Positions 1 to 12,501 of a DNA stretch of 32,000 bases are shown here, one piece after another; position 1 is the first letter of the stretch; each line of letters opens with the position of its first letter. The notes below the pieces were generated by a model. That model was not told the DNA's origin and did not search any database. It saw only the letters and a program-made list of their open reading frames with translations. The DNA is taken from contig NC_006833.1 of NCBI RefSeq assembly GCF_000008385.1, positions 720,001 to 752,000 of the forward strand. Direction: 5' to 3'. Origin of the DNA: Wolbachia endosymbiont strain TRS of Brugia malayi. GTDB taxonomy: Bacteria > Pseudomonadota > Alphaproteobacteria > Rickettsiales > Anaplasmataceae. A program made the position numbers and the translations under genes.

Positions 1-365
1 TAACAAAAAAACGCCGAATAAGTTTTTATCATTACTACCTATTAAAACAACAACATTCACTTTTTTCTAATTACAGAGTTACATTCATCAAATAAACATA
101 ACTACACTCTCCCTAAGCTGATTTCACTCTTTTTAGAACTCACAGATAACTATTTTGAAAGGAAGGTTCACTCAATCAAGGGCATGCAAAAGAAAGACTC
201 ACACAAGAACAAGAATCCAAAATTTATTCCAAACATATAAACTAGATGTCAGAAGTAAATATTTCAGATTCATCAAAAAAGAACTCATGCGTGACTTCTT
301 ACATAACCCAAATTAAAATTTTAAAATTGGCGTTTTTTGTGTGCCCTTGAACTGCTTCAGCTATA

Positions 366-500
366 AATATTAAGAAATTTATTAAATAAAAAAAGGCAAG
401 AGAACCCCGAGGTAGCTAGTATTCACATTCTCCCTTGTCAATTAAGCATTTTCTACTTTCTTAAACGCTTTATAAGCGCGTTTCGGCTTGTATGGGTAAA
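366..500 (+). repeat. Dispersed repeat, copy 1 (reverse complement of the copy at 15660-15787)
   Basis: 'aatattaagaaatttattaaataaaaaaaggcaagaga...gtagctagtatt...ttaaacgctttataagcgcgtttcggcttgtatgggt' aligns by eye to the reverse complement of 15660-15787, including a shared core 'cgctttataagcgcgtttc.gcttgtat.ggt'. Confidence 0.7.
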
Positions 501-892
501 AATCAGACATATAAAAGGTATAAGGTGCACATAGTGCAAAAAATTAAATATGATACCCAATACCCTAAGCTTTTTTTCATTAACCTGTACAGATTGCAAA
601 GATAAATGATTAGCCTCAGTATCACGATAAGGGGCTGCGAGGCTTGCCAAGTAGTTTTTTCGTCTTTAATAACGTTGTTATATGCCTAATGCACTACCAA
701 AAACTATGTAAGAGATCTAATGCTAGAGAAGCAGGTCTACCCCCAATAAGAGAACCCTTGTATGATTTATAATGTTGCACTAAACCCTAGAAATAAGATA
801 ACAAGTTAATAAAGAGTGCCTATAATCGGCAATTAGCCTTACTTATCTATAGAAATTGATATTAAAACTCGTGTACTACCTAAAAGGTATGG

Positions 893-2956
<2,064 letters not shown>

Positions 2957-3145
2957 TTAATATAATACCATGTTAGCTTCATCGTCAAGTTGCGAATTTC
3001 CTTTAATTCAGCGTATGATACTTGATAAAGTACTGAGAAACAACAAAAGAAGTTGCAGATATTAAACGGCTTAAGAGTGATATATTTATTTGCAATTGAT
3101 GACCGGAATTATTTATCATAACTTTGGAACTATACAAAATTTTAT

Positions 3146-3898
3146 ATGATTATATTAATAACAAATGATGACGGTTTCGAAAGTGAAGGAATAAAATTAC
3201 TTAAAGAGGTTGCACGAAATTTCGCATCAGAAATCTGGATAGTGGCACCAGATACTGATAGAAGTGGAGCAGCAAGATCTCTTGATCATCCAGTGAAGCA
3301 GTCTATTAGAATAAACCAACACAATGAAAGGGAGTTCAGTGTGTCTGGCACCCCTGCAGATTGTGTAATTATCGCACTAAATAAGATTATGGATAAAAAG
3401 CCAGACTTAGTATTATCTGGAGTAAACATTGGGTCAAATGTTGGAGATGATGTTTGTTATTCAGGAACAATCGGCGCTGTAATGGAAGGTGCTGCAAGAT
3501 CTATACCTTCTATTGCGCTAAGTCAAGCATACCATGGTGGAATAAACTGGTACAATACAAAGATTTTTGCCCCAAAGGTTATTGCTAAACTAGTTAAGGT
3601 TGGCTGGCCTAAAAATATAGCGATGAGCATAAATTTTTCCGCTACAGAAAAAGTAAAAGGAGTAGAATTTGCTGAACAAGGTGAATACAACATTGATGGA
3701 GACTTAACTTTCACTGAAAATCCGGACGGTTCTTTAAGTTTAAATTGGTCTCGAGAACATTTAGGTAGCGGTAGTGTAGGCAAAATCAAAGAAGGATTTA
3801 TTACCATTACACCAATAAAATTAGATTTTACAGATTATGATACACTGAATGCTATGAAAAATTCTTATGCAGAGGAATTTTCTTCTATAGTTAATTGA
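3146..3898 (+). CDS. surE: 5'/3'-nucleotidase SurE
   Basis: 250-aa ORF; MIILITNDDGFESEGI, VAPDTDRSGAARS, VSGTPADCVIIAL and LVLSGVNIGSNVGDDVCYSGTIGAVMEG are SurE signature motifs. Confidence 0.97.
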   Translation: MIILITNDDGFESEGIKLLKEVARNFASEIWIVAPDTDRSGAARSLDHPVKQSIRINQHNEREFSVSGTPADCVIIALNKIMDKKPDLVLSGVNIGSNVGDDVCYSGTIGAVMEGAARSIPSIALSQAYHGGINWYNTKIFAPKVIAKLVKVGWPKNIAMSINFSATEKVKGVEFAEQGEYNIDGDLTFTENPDGSLSLNWSREHLGSGSVGKIKEGFITITPIKLDFTDYDTLNAMKNSYAEEFSSIVN

Positions 3899-3963
3899 AA
3901 AAACATTTGCAAATCTTTTATTAGTTGAATAACATATGGTAGTCAGACATAATAACCTCCTAC

Positions 3964-3984
3964 TTCGCACCTTTTAGGTGCGAA
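3964..3984. other. Perfect small hairpin (9-bp stem, 3-nt loop), possible surE downstream structure
   Basis: ttcgcacct-ttt-aggtgcgaa, 66 bp after the surE stop. It lacks a clean following T-tract, so it is not called a terminator. Confidence 0.5.
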
Positions 3985-4129
3985 TTGAGGCATTTGGCAG
4001 GTATAATTAGGTTTTTGAGCAACTAAAGGAAGAAGTATCACAATTTTCTCACTTATTATATAACACCTCACACCCTGGAACCATACACTAAGATTAAACC
4101 TTATCCCAAGTTCTACACTGTGAGAAAGT

Positions 4130-4540
4130 TTTTGCAGTTTCTATAACCTATAACCAGCAAAAATACTTGTCTTTAAAGAAAGTGGAAGATTAATACCAGA
4201 GCTTATCTGATAAGCGAAAAAAATATCATTATCTGTAAATTTTTTGTAAGATTGCTTGATTCCAGTAATACCTATTCTAGCAGTAATATATAGAGCGATA
4301 TCTGTACCTTTAATCTTATAGTTATAATGTAATTTTGCAAGAAATCCCACTTCAGATCCTTTTCTGTAGAATCATAAGCAGAGCATAATGCCTAAGCTCC
4401 AATTGAAACTTTAGTGATGCCTGTATAATGATAGACGATATCAGCTACAAAAAAGTCATTATGATATAGAGGCACATCACAGTAGACCCTATCTCTAATC
4501 CAATCAACTCCAAAGCATGGCTAGACAAAAAAAGAAGTAA
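4130..4540 (-). pseudogene. Decayed surface antigen / P44-Msp2-family outer-membrane beta-barrel remnant
   Basis: Two reading frames give DWIRDRVYCDVPLYHNDFFVADIVYHYTGITKVSIGA*ALCSAYDSTEKDLK, then FLAKLHYNYKIKGTDIALYITARIGITGIKQSY...SSGINLPLSLKTSIFAGYRL*. The C-terminal barrel-like pattern recalls Anaplasmataceae surface antigens. It has an internal stop and a frame change. Confidence 0.5.
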
Positions 4541-4847
4541 ACAATGTATATAAAATAATTAAATTTTCATCCTAATTATAAAATATTAACATATAATAAA
4601 TATATCATAAACATAAAAACAATACAAGATAAAATTTAACTACTTATTTTGATCTTACCCAGAAAAAGCGGTAAAAAATTAGTAATATTTTTACAAAAAG
4701 GGCAATAAACCAAATTACCCAGGAACGTAACAATTAATAGCAGAATACCTACACTGTCTATTAGTAAAAACTCCTATGTATTCAAATATAGCAATATTTC
4801 AACACTTGAGTATTTCTATAATCCAGGAAAATCATCTTTTTTATTTT

Positions 4848-7259
4848 TTATAGGGAAAAAAGTGCACTGCTTCCATTATCGCTTTCAATTGGAATAGTAG
4901 GTCGTATTAAAGCAATTTTTATAACTTCATCAATGTTCTTAACAAAAACTACGTTGATCTCTTTTTTAATATTTGCTGGAATTTCTTGCATATCCTTTTC
5001 ATTTTCGCCAGGTATAATCACAGTCTTGATTGATCCTCTGAGCGCCGCAAGTAACTTTTCTCTCAGACCTCCAATAGCTAAAACTCTACCACGTAATGTT
5101 ACCTCACCTGTCATAGCAACATTCTTGTTAATCGGTATATTTGTCATAAGAGAAACAATGGATGTACATACTGCACTACCAGCAGAAGGACCATCTTTTG
5201 GTACAGCACCCTCAGGTAGATGTAAATGTATATCATTATTTTTGAACTTTTCAGGTTTTATACCAAAAAATAGACAATTTGATCGAACATAACTATATGC
5301 AGCCTTTATAGATTCTTGCATAACCTCTCCAAGCTTTCCTGTGTATTTTATTTCCCCCTTGCCTGGAATCAGGACTGATTCTATCATTAAAATATCACCA
5401 CCTGTTTCAGTATAGGCAAGTCCAGTTACTACCCCTACTAAGCTATCTTTTTCTGCAATACCAAAGGTGTATTTACGCACTCCCAAATAATCTTGTAAGT
5501 TATCAACTCCTACAGATATTTTCTTATTTTGACCTGCCAATATTTCTTTAACTGCTTTTCTCATGAGCTTTGCAAGCTCCCTTTCCATACTACGGACACC
5601 ACTTTCACGTGTATATAAGCGTATTAACTCATATAGTGCATCATTAGTTATGCCCCATTCTCTCTGACGTAAGCCATGCTCTTTTTTTAATTTGGGAATT
5701 AGATGATATTTAGCAATATTGATTTTTTCATCCTCAGTATAACCAGACAATTGTATAATCTCCATCCTATCACGCAAAGGGTGTGGCAAATTTAAGCTGT
5801 TTGCTGTAGCTACAAACATTACACTCGAAAGATTAAATTCAACTTCTAAGTAATGATCAGTAAAGTGCTTATTGTGTTCAGTATCTAAAACTTCAAGCAA
5901 TGCAGATGCAGGGTCACCACGCGAATCAGAACCCATCTTATCTATTTCATCAAGCAAAAAAAGCGGGTTACACGAATTAGCTTTTTTCATATGCTGAATG
6001 ATTTTGCCAGGCATTGAACCAATGTAAGTTTTTCTATGGCCACGTATCTCAGATTCGTCACGTACACCACCAAGAGCTATGCGAACAAAATCTCTACCTA
6101 CCGCTCTTGCCATAGACTTAGCTAAAGAAGTTTTACCAACACCAGGTGGTCCAACCAAGCAAAGTATAGGACCTTTTATCTCTTTTACTCTCTTTAATAC
6201 TGCTAAAAACTCTATTATCCTATCTTTTACTTTTTCTATGCCATAATGATTTTCATCTAAGATCTTTTTAGCTGCATTTAAATTAATTTTCGCATCTTTA
6301 TACTTTCCCCATGGTAGATCAAGCAACCAATATAGATAATTAGATATAACCGTAGCTTCAGGAGAAATGGGATTCATTTTCTTATATCTCTTTAACTCAG
6401 TCATAGCTTTTTCCCTTGCTTCCTGGGAAAGCTTTATTTCATTTATCTTTTTTTCAAATTCATTTATTATATTTCCCTCCTCTCCATTCTCAAATTCACC
6501 CAATTCTTTCTGTATGGCCTTCAACTGCTCATTAAGGTAGTAAACTTTCTGAGTACTTTCAACTTGTGATTTAATTGTTTTATATAAACGGTTTTGCGCA
6601 TTCAAAATACTTATTTCTCTTTCAATAAAGGCAAAAGCTTTTTTTAAACGCTCTTCCAAGCTATAAGTTTCAAGTATACTTTGTTTATCTGATGCTTTTA
6701 TACTTAAATATGAGATTACCGTATCTACAAGCTGATCAATTTTTTTGATCTGCTCGACGGGATTAACAATAATTTCAGGATGATTTTTTTTGTTTAGTTT
6801 ACACCAGCTATCAAACGCATTTATAACAGCTCGCCTTAAAGCTTCCAGGTCAACATTATCCTCACTTTCCTCATACTCATGATAACTATCTAACTCTACC
6901 CTAGCTTGTAGTAAAGCATGAGAGTCAATATACTCTATAACTTTCCCCCTGCTCACTCCTTGGATTACAACTTTTACTGCATTATCAGGTAATTTTATCA
7001 AGGGTTGCACAATATTTGCCAACACACCTACTTCATACAGATCTTTTGGCTCTGGGTTATCAATAGAGCCATCTTGCTGTGCTACGAGAAAAATCTCATT
7101 TTGACGACTGCGATTATTAATTGCATACTCTAGTGCGCTAATAGATTTTTCCCTGCCTATAAATAAAGGCACCACTATATTTGGAAAAATTACTACATCT
7201 CTTAAAGGCAATACTGGCAATGTAGCAAAACCAGAATCTACAGCACATTCAACTTTCAT
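4848..7259 (-). CDS. lon: ATP-dependent endopeptidase Lon
   Basis: 803-aa ORF; Walker A GPPGVGKTSLAKSMA, LLDEIDKMG, Lon protease domain PEGAVPKDGPSAGSAVCTSI with the catalytic Ser, and the substrate-binding N-domain LPVLPLRDVVIFPNIVVPLFIGR. Confidence 0.98.
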   Translation of the reverse strand: MKVECAVDSGFATLPVLPLRDVVIFPNIVVPLFIGREKSISALEYAINNRSRQNEIFLVAQQDGSIDNPEPKDLYEVGVLANIVQPLIKLPDNAVKVVIQGVSRGKVIEYIDSHALLQARVELDSYHEYEESEDNVDLEALRRAVINAFDSWCKLNKKNHPEIIVNPVEQIKKIDQLVDTVISYLSIKASDKQSILETYSLEERLKKAFAFIEREISILNAQNRLYKTIKSQVESTQKVYYLNEQLKAIQKELGEFENGEEGNIINEFEKKINEIKLSQEAREKAMTELKRYKKMNPISPEATVISNYLYWLLDLPWGKYKDAKINLNAAKKILDENHYGIEKVKDRIIEFLAVLKRVKEIKGPILCLVGPPGVGKTSLAKSMARAVGRDFVRIALGGVRDESEIRGHRKTYIGSMPGKIIQHMKKANSCNPLFLLDEIDKMGSDSRGDPASALLEVLDTEHNKHFTDHYLEVEFNLSSVMFVATANSLNLPHPLRDRMEIIQLSGYTEDEKINIAKYHLIPKLKKEHGLRQREWGITNDALYELIRLYTRESGVRSMERELAKLMRKAVKEILAGQNKKISVGVDNLQDYLGVRKYTFGIAEKDSLVGVVTGLAYTETGGDILMIESVLIPGKGEIKYTGKLGEVMQESIKAAYSYVRSNCLFFGIKPEKFKNNDIHLHLPEGAVPKDGPSAGSAVCTSIVSLMTNIPINKNVAMTGEVTLRGRVLAIGGLREKLLAALRGSIKTVIIPGENEKDMQEIPANIKKEINVVFVKNIDEVIKIALIRPTIPIESDNGSSALFSL

Positions 7260-7274
7260 AATACATGTCTCAAA

Positions 7275-8555
7275 TTAATCATTAACTGTTATAACATTGC
7301 CCTTGTTATTATGATTAATCACTGCTTTCCCTAATTCTACCATTTCCTTAGTGATTACTATTGTACTACCCTCAAAACCCCCATTTCCAGCTGTATACAT
7401 AACATCAAGCAAAAGTGATTCTAAAATAGCACGTAACATCCTTGCACCTGTTTTATAACTCATAGCTTTTTCAGCAATAGCTGATATTGCTTCATCTGAA
7501 AATTCAAGGTTTACCTTGCTAAAAGCAAGTAACGCCTTGTATTGCTTTATTAGCGCATTTCTTGGCTCTATCAATACATGTACTAGATCTTCATGGTCCA
7601 GCTCATCTAAAACAGCAGTTATTGGAACCCGTCCTACAAATTCTGGTATTAAACCAAATTTGATCAAATCTTCAGGTTGAACATCATGCAAAGTATTCTT
7701 TTTCTTTTGCTCTTTAGATTGACTTATATCTGCTCCAAAGCCAACTGATGTTCCCTTTTTTCTTGCTTCAATAATTTTATTTAGACCTTCAAAAGCTCCT
7801 CCACAAATAAATAGTATGTTATTAGTATCTACTTGTATAAACTCTTGTTGTGGGTGCTTTCGCCCACCCTGTGGTGGAACATAAGCAACTGTGCCCTCCA
7901 TTATCTTAAGCAAAGCTTGCTGGACTCCCTCACCTGAAACGTCACGTGTTATCGAAGTGCTTTCAGATTTTCTTGTGATCTTGTCTATTTCATCTATAAA
8001 CACTATACCACGCTGTGCCTTTGCAACATCATAATTTGCAGCTTGCAATAGACGCGACAACACGCTTTCTACATCATCACCTACATAACCTGCCTCGGTC
8101 AAAGTTGTCGCATCAGCCATAGCGAATGGTACATCTGAAACTTTAGCAAGCGTTTTAGCTAGTAAAGTTTTACCAGAACCAGTGGGACCAATGAGCATCA
8201 CATTCGATTTTTCAATTTCGACATCACTTATGGCATTAAACTGTGCCATGGATTGACAATGGTTATACATAGCCACAGACAAAACGTGTTGTGCGTGCTC
8301 TTGACCTACAACATGCTTGCTAAGAAAAATTTTTATATCCTCAGGCTTTTTTAGTAATAACTTTACATCAGACATATAATCTGAATTAAAAGATCCACCT
8401 TTCTTTTGACTTATTGCTTTATGGGATAACTCTATGCACTCGTTGCAAATAAACACTTTCAAACCATCTGAAGAATTAGTAATCAACTTGTCTACTTCAT
8501 TTTGTGCCTTGTTGCAAAAAGAACAGTAGTGTAAATCGTCATTGTTGTTATCCAT
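7275..8555 (-). CDS. clpX: ATP-dependent Clp protease ATP-binding subunit ClpX
   Basis: 426-aa ORF; N-terminal Cys4 zinc-binding domain (CSFCNKAQ...CNECIELS), Walker [17 protein letters not shown], and the FIDEIDKI and [16 protein letters not shown] motifs. Confidence 0.98.
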   Translation of the reverse strand: MDNNNDDLHYCSFCNKAQNEVDKLITNSSDGLKVFICNECIELSHKAISQKKGGSFNSDYMSDVKLLLKKPEDIKIFLSKHVVGQEHAQHVLSVAMYNHCQSMAQFNAISDVEIEKSNVMLIGPTGSGKTLLAKTLAKVSDVPFAMADATTLTEAGYVGDDVESVLSRLLQAANYDVAKAQRGIVFIDEIDKITRKSESTSITRDVSGEGVQQALLKIMEGTVAYVPPQGGRKHPQQEFIQVDTNNILFICGGAFEGLNKIIEARKKGTSVGFGADISQSKEQKKKNTLHDVQPEDLIKFGLIPEFVGRVPITAVLDELDHEDLVHVLIEPRNALIKQYKALLAFSKVNLEFSDEAISAIAEKAMSYKTGARMLRAILESLLLDVMYTAGNGGFEGSTIVITKEMVELGKAVINHNNKGNVITVND

Positions 8556-9181
8556 TAACCTACCTTTTGTTCAACTTTAATATTCTCAACCTTAATATCC
8601 TTACGCTCAGCTATTACTCTATCAATCAAGCCAATTCTTCTCGCTTCTTCAGGATCCATGAATTTATCTCTTTCCATCATTCCTTCAATTTTCTTCAGTG
8701 AATTTCCAGTATGTTTTTCATAAATCTGATTCAGTTTTCTCTTAACCCGCAAAATTTCATTAGCATGTATTTCTATATCAGTTGCTTGACCCTGATAACC
8801 ACCAGATGGCTGATGTATCATAATTCTTGAATGAGGTAGAGAGTAACGCTTACCTTCTGTGCCAGCTGCAAGTAATAAAGAACCCATAGACGCAGCTTGA
8901 CCTATACACAAAGTTGAAACATCTGGCTTTATATACTGCATTGTATCATAAATCGACAAACCAGCAGTTACAACACCACCTGGTGAATTAATGTACATAT
9001 AAATGTCTTTATCAGGGTTTTCCGATTCTAAAAATAAAAGCTGTGCTACTATTACGCTGGCCATGTTATCTTCAACAGGACCAGTTACAAAAATTATCCT
9101 CTCTTTTACTAGCCTAGAATATATGTCATAAGCACGCTCACCACGACTAGTTTGCTCAATTACAATTGGTATAAGAGTCAT
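8555..9181 (-). CDS. clpP: ATP-dependent Clp protease proteolytic subunit ClpP
   Basis: 208-aa ORF; [38 protein letters not shown] (Ser) and [11 protein letters not shown] (His). Its stop overlaps the clpX start. Confidence 0.98.
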   Translation of the reverse strand: MTLIPIVIEQTSRGERAYDIYSRLVKERIIFVTGPVEDNMASVIVAQLLFLESENPDKDIYMYINSPGGVVTAGLSIYDTMQYIKPDVSTLCIGQAASMGSLLLAAGTEGKRYSLPHSRIMIHQPSGGYQGQATDIEIHANEILRVKRKLNQIYEKHTGNSLKKIEGMMERDKFMDPEEARRIGLIDRVIAERKDIKVENIKVEQKVG

Positions 9182-9192
9182 ACCTTTTCCTA

Positions 9193-10536
9193 CTAAATAT
9201 TACCAAACAATTCTTTTAACTCTTTCACAGAAACAATTTGCTCTTCTTTATTAACTTTTTCTATTATGTAACTCGTAACTTTATGCTCTAGAGCTTGCCC
9301 TCTAACTAACTCTTGAAATTGTCTGTCTGACTTAAAATGCTTAAATACCCTATCAAATGGCACATCTTTACTGATATACTGATTTACAATAACATTTAAA
9401 ATATCATTTTGAGTTAACGATATCTTATGCTCTGTACTAAACTTCATAAATAACATTGCAAGTTTTACACGCCTTTCAGCTTCCTTACAAGAGTCATCCT
9501 TAGAGCCCAACTCCCTTTCCACTCTCTGTTGCTCCTGTCTTACTACATCTGTAGGTAAATCAAAGCTATAATTAGCATCCAAATAGTCAAATAGCTCCTT
9601 CTTAATCAAGAGATCTCTCATTTCTTCACACTGACCACCAATTACTTCTTTTGCATGATTTTTTAGCGAAGAACAATCTCTAAACCCAATTTTCTTAGCC
9701 ATTTCATCATCACCTCCAAAATCTTCAGCAACTTGAATATCATTAACTCGAACAGAAAAATTAGCCTCTTGTCCCGCAAGGGAAATGGTTTGATAATCCT
9801 CAGGAAATTTCAACTTAAAACTTTTTGTTTCTCCTTTTTTCATACCAGTTAATTGATTTTCAAAACCATTAATAAATGTGCCAGACCCTAAAGTAACTTT
9901 AAAGTTTTTGTTGCTCCCACCCTGAAAAAGCTTATTTCTAATTCGTCCTTCAAAGTCAATTACCAATTTATCTCCATTCTTTGCCTGATAAGAAGCATCA
10001 TCAACAGAAACAAAGCTAGGAAATCTTGTTTTTATAGAATCGACAAACCCTTTTATGTCCTCCTCTTCAATCCTTGCTTCAACTTTTTTCAAATTTATTT
10101 TATCAAGATCTATTACTGGTACTTCCGGCATTGATTCAAAAGACAGTTTGTATACAAAATTGCTCTTCTCACCCTCTTCATTCAAATTTGGTAATGACAT
10201 AATATCAACCTTAGGATAAATGTGAGACTTGACTTCAATTTTTTTCATTAAATCACTTGAGCAATAGTCAATCGTACTATTTACTACATATTCCAAAGCT
10301 TCGTTCTTATAATTTGTAACAACAAGATCATAGGGCATCTTTCCAGACCTAAATCCAGGCAATTTTGCGTTTTTTGCTATTTCTTGTAGTCTAGAATTCA
10401 CCTTTTGTTCTATATAATTGCTACCAACCGTGATTTCATACTCATGCTTTAGTTTATCTATACTAAGTTCCTTATAAGTATATATACTACTTAATGTATC
10501 TACTTCTACTGCATTTTGAGGTATATTACTAGACAT
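9193..10536 (-). CDS. tig: Trigger factor (ribosome-associated chaperone/PPIase)
   Basis: 447-aa ORF; N-terminal ribosome-binding signature [14 protein letters not shown]-like domain with [10 protein letters not shown]...[13 protein letters not shown]. It sits upstream of clpP in the common tig-clpP-clpX-lon order. Confidence 0.95.
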   Translation of the reverse strand: MSSNIPQNAVEVDTLSSIYTYKELSIDKLKHEYEITVGSNYIEQKVNSRLQEIAKNAKLPGFRSGKMPYDLVVTNYKNEALEYVVNSTIDYCSSDLMKKIEVKSHIYPKVDIMSLPNLNEEGEKSNFVYKLSFESMPEVPVIDLDKINLKKVEARIEEEDIKGFVDSIKTRFPSFVSVDDASYQAKNGDKLVIDFEGRIRNKLFQGGSNKNFKVTLGSGTFINGFENQLTGMKKGETKSFKLKFPEDYQTISLAGQEANFSVRVNDIQVAEDFGGDDEMAKKIGFRDCSSLKNHAKEVIGGQCEEMRDLLIKKELFDYLDANYSFDLPTDVVRQEQQRVERELGSKDDSCKEAERRVKLAMLFMKFSTEHKISLTQNDILNVIVNQYISKDVPFDRVFKHFKSDRQFQELVRGQALEHKVTSYIIEKVNKEEQIVSVKELKELFGNI

Positions 10537-10695
10537 TACAATCCATTTATCAACATTTTAATTTATATTCTAACAGAGTCATTCTATCAGAATTTAAGTT
10601 AAATACAATCTTTAAGAACAGGTTTTTTCACACAGCTAAAAGTGTATTCAGTGATTATAAATTTTTTCTTAAAACCTAAGTTACATGATTTCAAG

Positions 10696-10777
10696 TGCGG
10701 ATAGAGGGACTTGAACCCCCATGAGCAAGCTCACCAGGACCTAAACCTGGCACGTCTACCAATTCCATCATATCCGC
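10696..10777 (-). tRNA. tRNA-Leu (anticodon UAG)
   Basis: Minus strand GCGGATATGATGGAATTGGTAGACGTGCCAGGTTTAGGTCCTGGTGAGCTTGCTCATGGGGGTTCAAGTCCCTCTATCCGCA: 7-bp acceptor GCGGATA/TATCCGC, D-loop GGTAGACG, anticodon loop TTTAGGT, variable arm TGAGCTTGCTCA, T-arm GGTTCAAGTCC. Confidence 0.93.
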
Positions 10778-10916
10778 AAAAAATCTTCAGTACTCCATTA
10801 TAGGTACACTATTAAAATATTCAAGATTTAAAGTCTTACTTAATTTATGGTATTTACACAATCAAAAAAGCTTATTAACATTTCTTAATAAGAGCTCTAA
10901 ATTCTAAAAACCAATA

Positions 10917-11507
10917 ATGAAATTAATAACAAGTTTATTACTTGCAATTTTTCTGATCACACAGAGTGGCTGCACAACCCTTATAATAGGTGGTGTAGTG
11001 GCAACAGCAACAGCAATAACAATGCAAGATAAATCCCTGGGAAATATCGTTGATGACACAACCATGGTCATTAGAATCAACAAGGAACTTTTAAAACATG
11101 GGCTATTTTCATCTATTAAGGTTAGAGTAAGTGAAGGAAGAGTATTGCTTATTGGAAACGTTGACACTCCTGAGAAGCAACTCACAGCAGAAAAAATAGC
11201 TTGGCAGCAAAAAGAAGTTAAAGAAGTGATAAATGAGACAAGAGTAACACCAATTCAAACTACTTCCATGTTTGATACCACTGTGGATTATATGATAACG
11301 GCAGAAATAAGAACAAGACTCCTGGGAAAAAGAAACATCAAATCAATTAACTATAGCATCAATACGGTTGATGGAGTTGTTTATTTGATGGGTATAGCCC
11401 AAAATAAAGCAGAATTAAAAGCCGTAATAGCAATTGCAAGAAAAGTAAAGGGAGTAAAACAAGTCGTGAGCTATATACGGTATAGAAATAGCAAGTTACG
11501 TCATTAA
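10917..11507 (+). CDS. BON-domain lipoprotein (osmotically inducible / YraP-DolP-like)
   Basis: 196-aa ORF with lipoprotein signal MKLITSLLLAIFLITQSGC and two BON-like domains (IRINKELLKHGLFSSIKVRVSEGRVLLIGNVDTPEK; VDGVVYLMGIAQNKAELKAVIAIARKVKGVKQVVSYI). Confidence 0.85.
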   Translation: MKLITSLLLAIFLITQSGCTTLIIGGVVATATAITMQDKSLGNIVDDTTMVIRINKELLKHGLFSSIKVRVSEGRVLLIGNVDTPEKQLTAEKIAWQQKEVKEVINETRVTPIQTTSMFDTTVDYMITAEIRTRLLGKRNIKSINYSINTVDGVVYLMGIAQNKAELKAVIAIARKVKGVKQVVSYIRYRNSKLRH

Positions 11508-11559
11508 CGGACTTCTTTGAAACTTAGTTTTCAGCAGTAATTTTTATATCAAAAGTGAT

Positions 11560-12501
11560 ATGCAAACAAGAGTAGCTTTTCAAATGGATGAAAATATAAA
11601 CTTTGAAACTGATACTACATTTGCATTAATAAAAGAGGCACAAAGAAGGAAGTACAAAGTTTTTGCCTATGCCCCTAGCAATTTAGCACTAAAGCTAAAT
11701 CAGCCAATTGCTCTTGCTCAGAAAGTCAGTGTTGATGATTGTAATTTTACCTCTAAAGAAGATGTAGTTATTAACTTGAATGAAATGGATATCATATTTA
11801 TCAGACAAGACCCACCTTTTGATATGCGTTACATTACAACTACCTATATTTTAGAAAAAACTAGAGCACTGGTAATTAATAATCCAACAGAAATGAGAAA
11901 TTGTCCTGAAAAATTGATAACTTCATTATTTCCAGAGTTAATTCCTCCAACTTTGATTACTGAAAATATATCAATGATCAGAGATTTTTACCACGATTAC
12001 AGAGGTATTATTCTGAAGCCATTGTACAGCTATGGAGGAAACGATGTAATAAGAATACAAAATGAAAACAGTATTCAAGTAGTAGTGGAACTTATGATCA
12101 CAAAATATAAATGTCCTGTAATTGCACAAGCATTTTGTAAAAATGTAAACAAAGATAAAAGAATATTGTTGCTGGATGGTCAACCAATTGGAGTAATGAA
12201 ACGAGTTCCAAGGGTCAGTGGAGAAATTAGAACAAATTTGCGGCTTGGAGCAAGTTTTGAACCCGTTGAAATGAACGATAGAGACAATGAAATATGTAAT
12301 AAAATTGGCCCTGAATTAAAGAAAAGAGGGCTAATATTTGTTGGCATTGATATTGTAGATGACTTTCTTCTCGAAATCAACATAACTTCACCCACGGGAG
12401 TAGTTTACATCAATAAACTATATAATACATCACTAGAAAAAGACCTATGGAACACATTTGAAGAAAAAGCCAGCAGCCATATTAGTCAACCAAGTTTGTG
12501 A
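11560..12501 (+). CDS. gshB: Glutathione synthetase (ATP-grasp)
   Basis: 313-aa ORF; VAFQMDENINFETDTTFALIKEAQRR, MDIIFIRQDPPFDMRYITTTYIL, IILKPLYSYGGNDVIRI and GEIRTNLRLGAS...FVGIDIVDDFLLEINITSPTGV match the GshB layout. Confidence 0.93.
   Translation: MQTRVAFQMDENINFETDTTFALIKEAQRRKYKVFAYAPSNLALKLNQPIALAQKVSVDDCNFTSKEDVVINLNEMDIIFIRQDPPFDMRYITTTYILEKTRALVINNPTEMRNCPEKLITSLFPELIPPTLITENISMIRDFYHDYRGIILKPLYSYGGNDVIRIQNENSIQVVVELMITKYKCPVIAQAFCKNVNKDKRILLLDGQPIGVMKRVPRVSGEIRTNLRLGASFEPVEMNDRDNEICNKIGPELKKRGLIFVGIDIVDDFLLEINITSPTGVVYINKLYNTSLEKDLWNTFEEKASSHISQPSL

Noticed and set aside
453-650. 65-aa minus-strand ORF (MASLAAPYRDTEANHLSLQ...)
   Set aside because: Its 3' part lies inside the dispersed repeat, and it has no recognisable domain and low coding plausibility, so it is not reported as a CDS.
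3523-3807. Minus-strand 94-aa ORF
   Set aside because: It is antisense within surE with no domain signal.
3964-3984. Rho-independent terminator call for the 9-bp hairpin after surE
   Set aside because: The stem is perfect but no T-tract follows directly, so it is listed only as a hairpin.
4933-5292. Plus-strand 119-aa ORF
   Set aside because: It is antisense to the conserved Lon protease domain.
8504-8701. Plus-strand ORF over the clpX/clpP junction
   Set aside because: It is antisense to two conserved genes and is explained by AT-rich chance openness.
10904-11185. Minus-strand 93-aa ORF
   Set aside because: It is antisense to the BON-domain lipoprotein gene, whose lipobox and domain evidence are strong.
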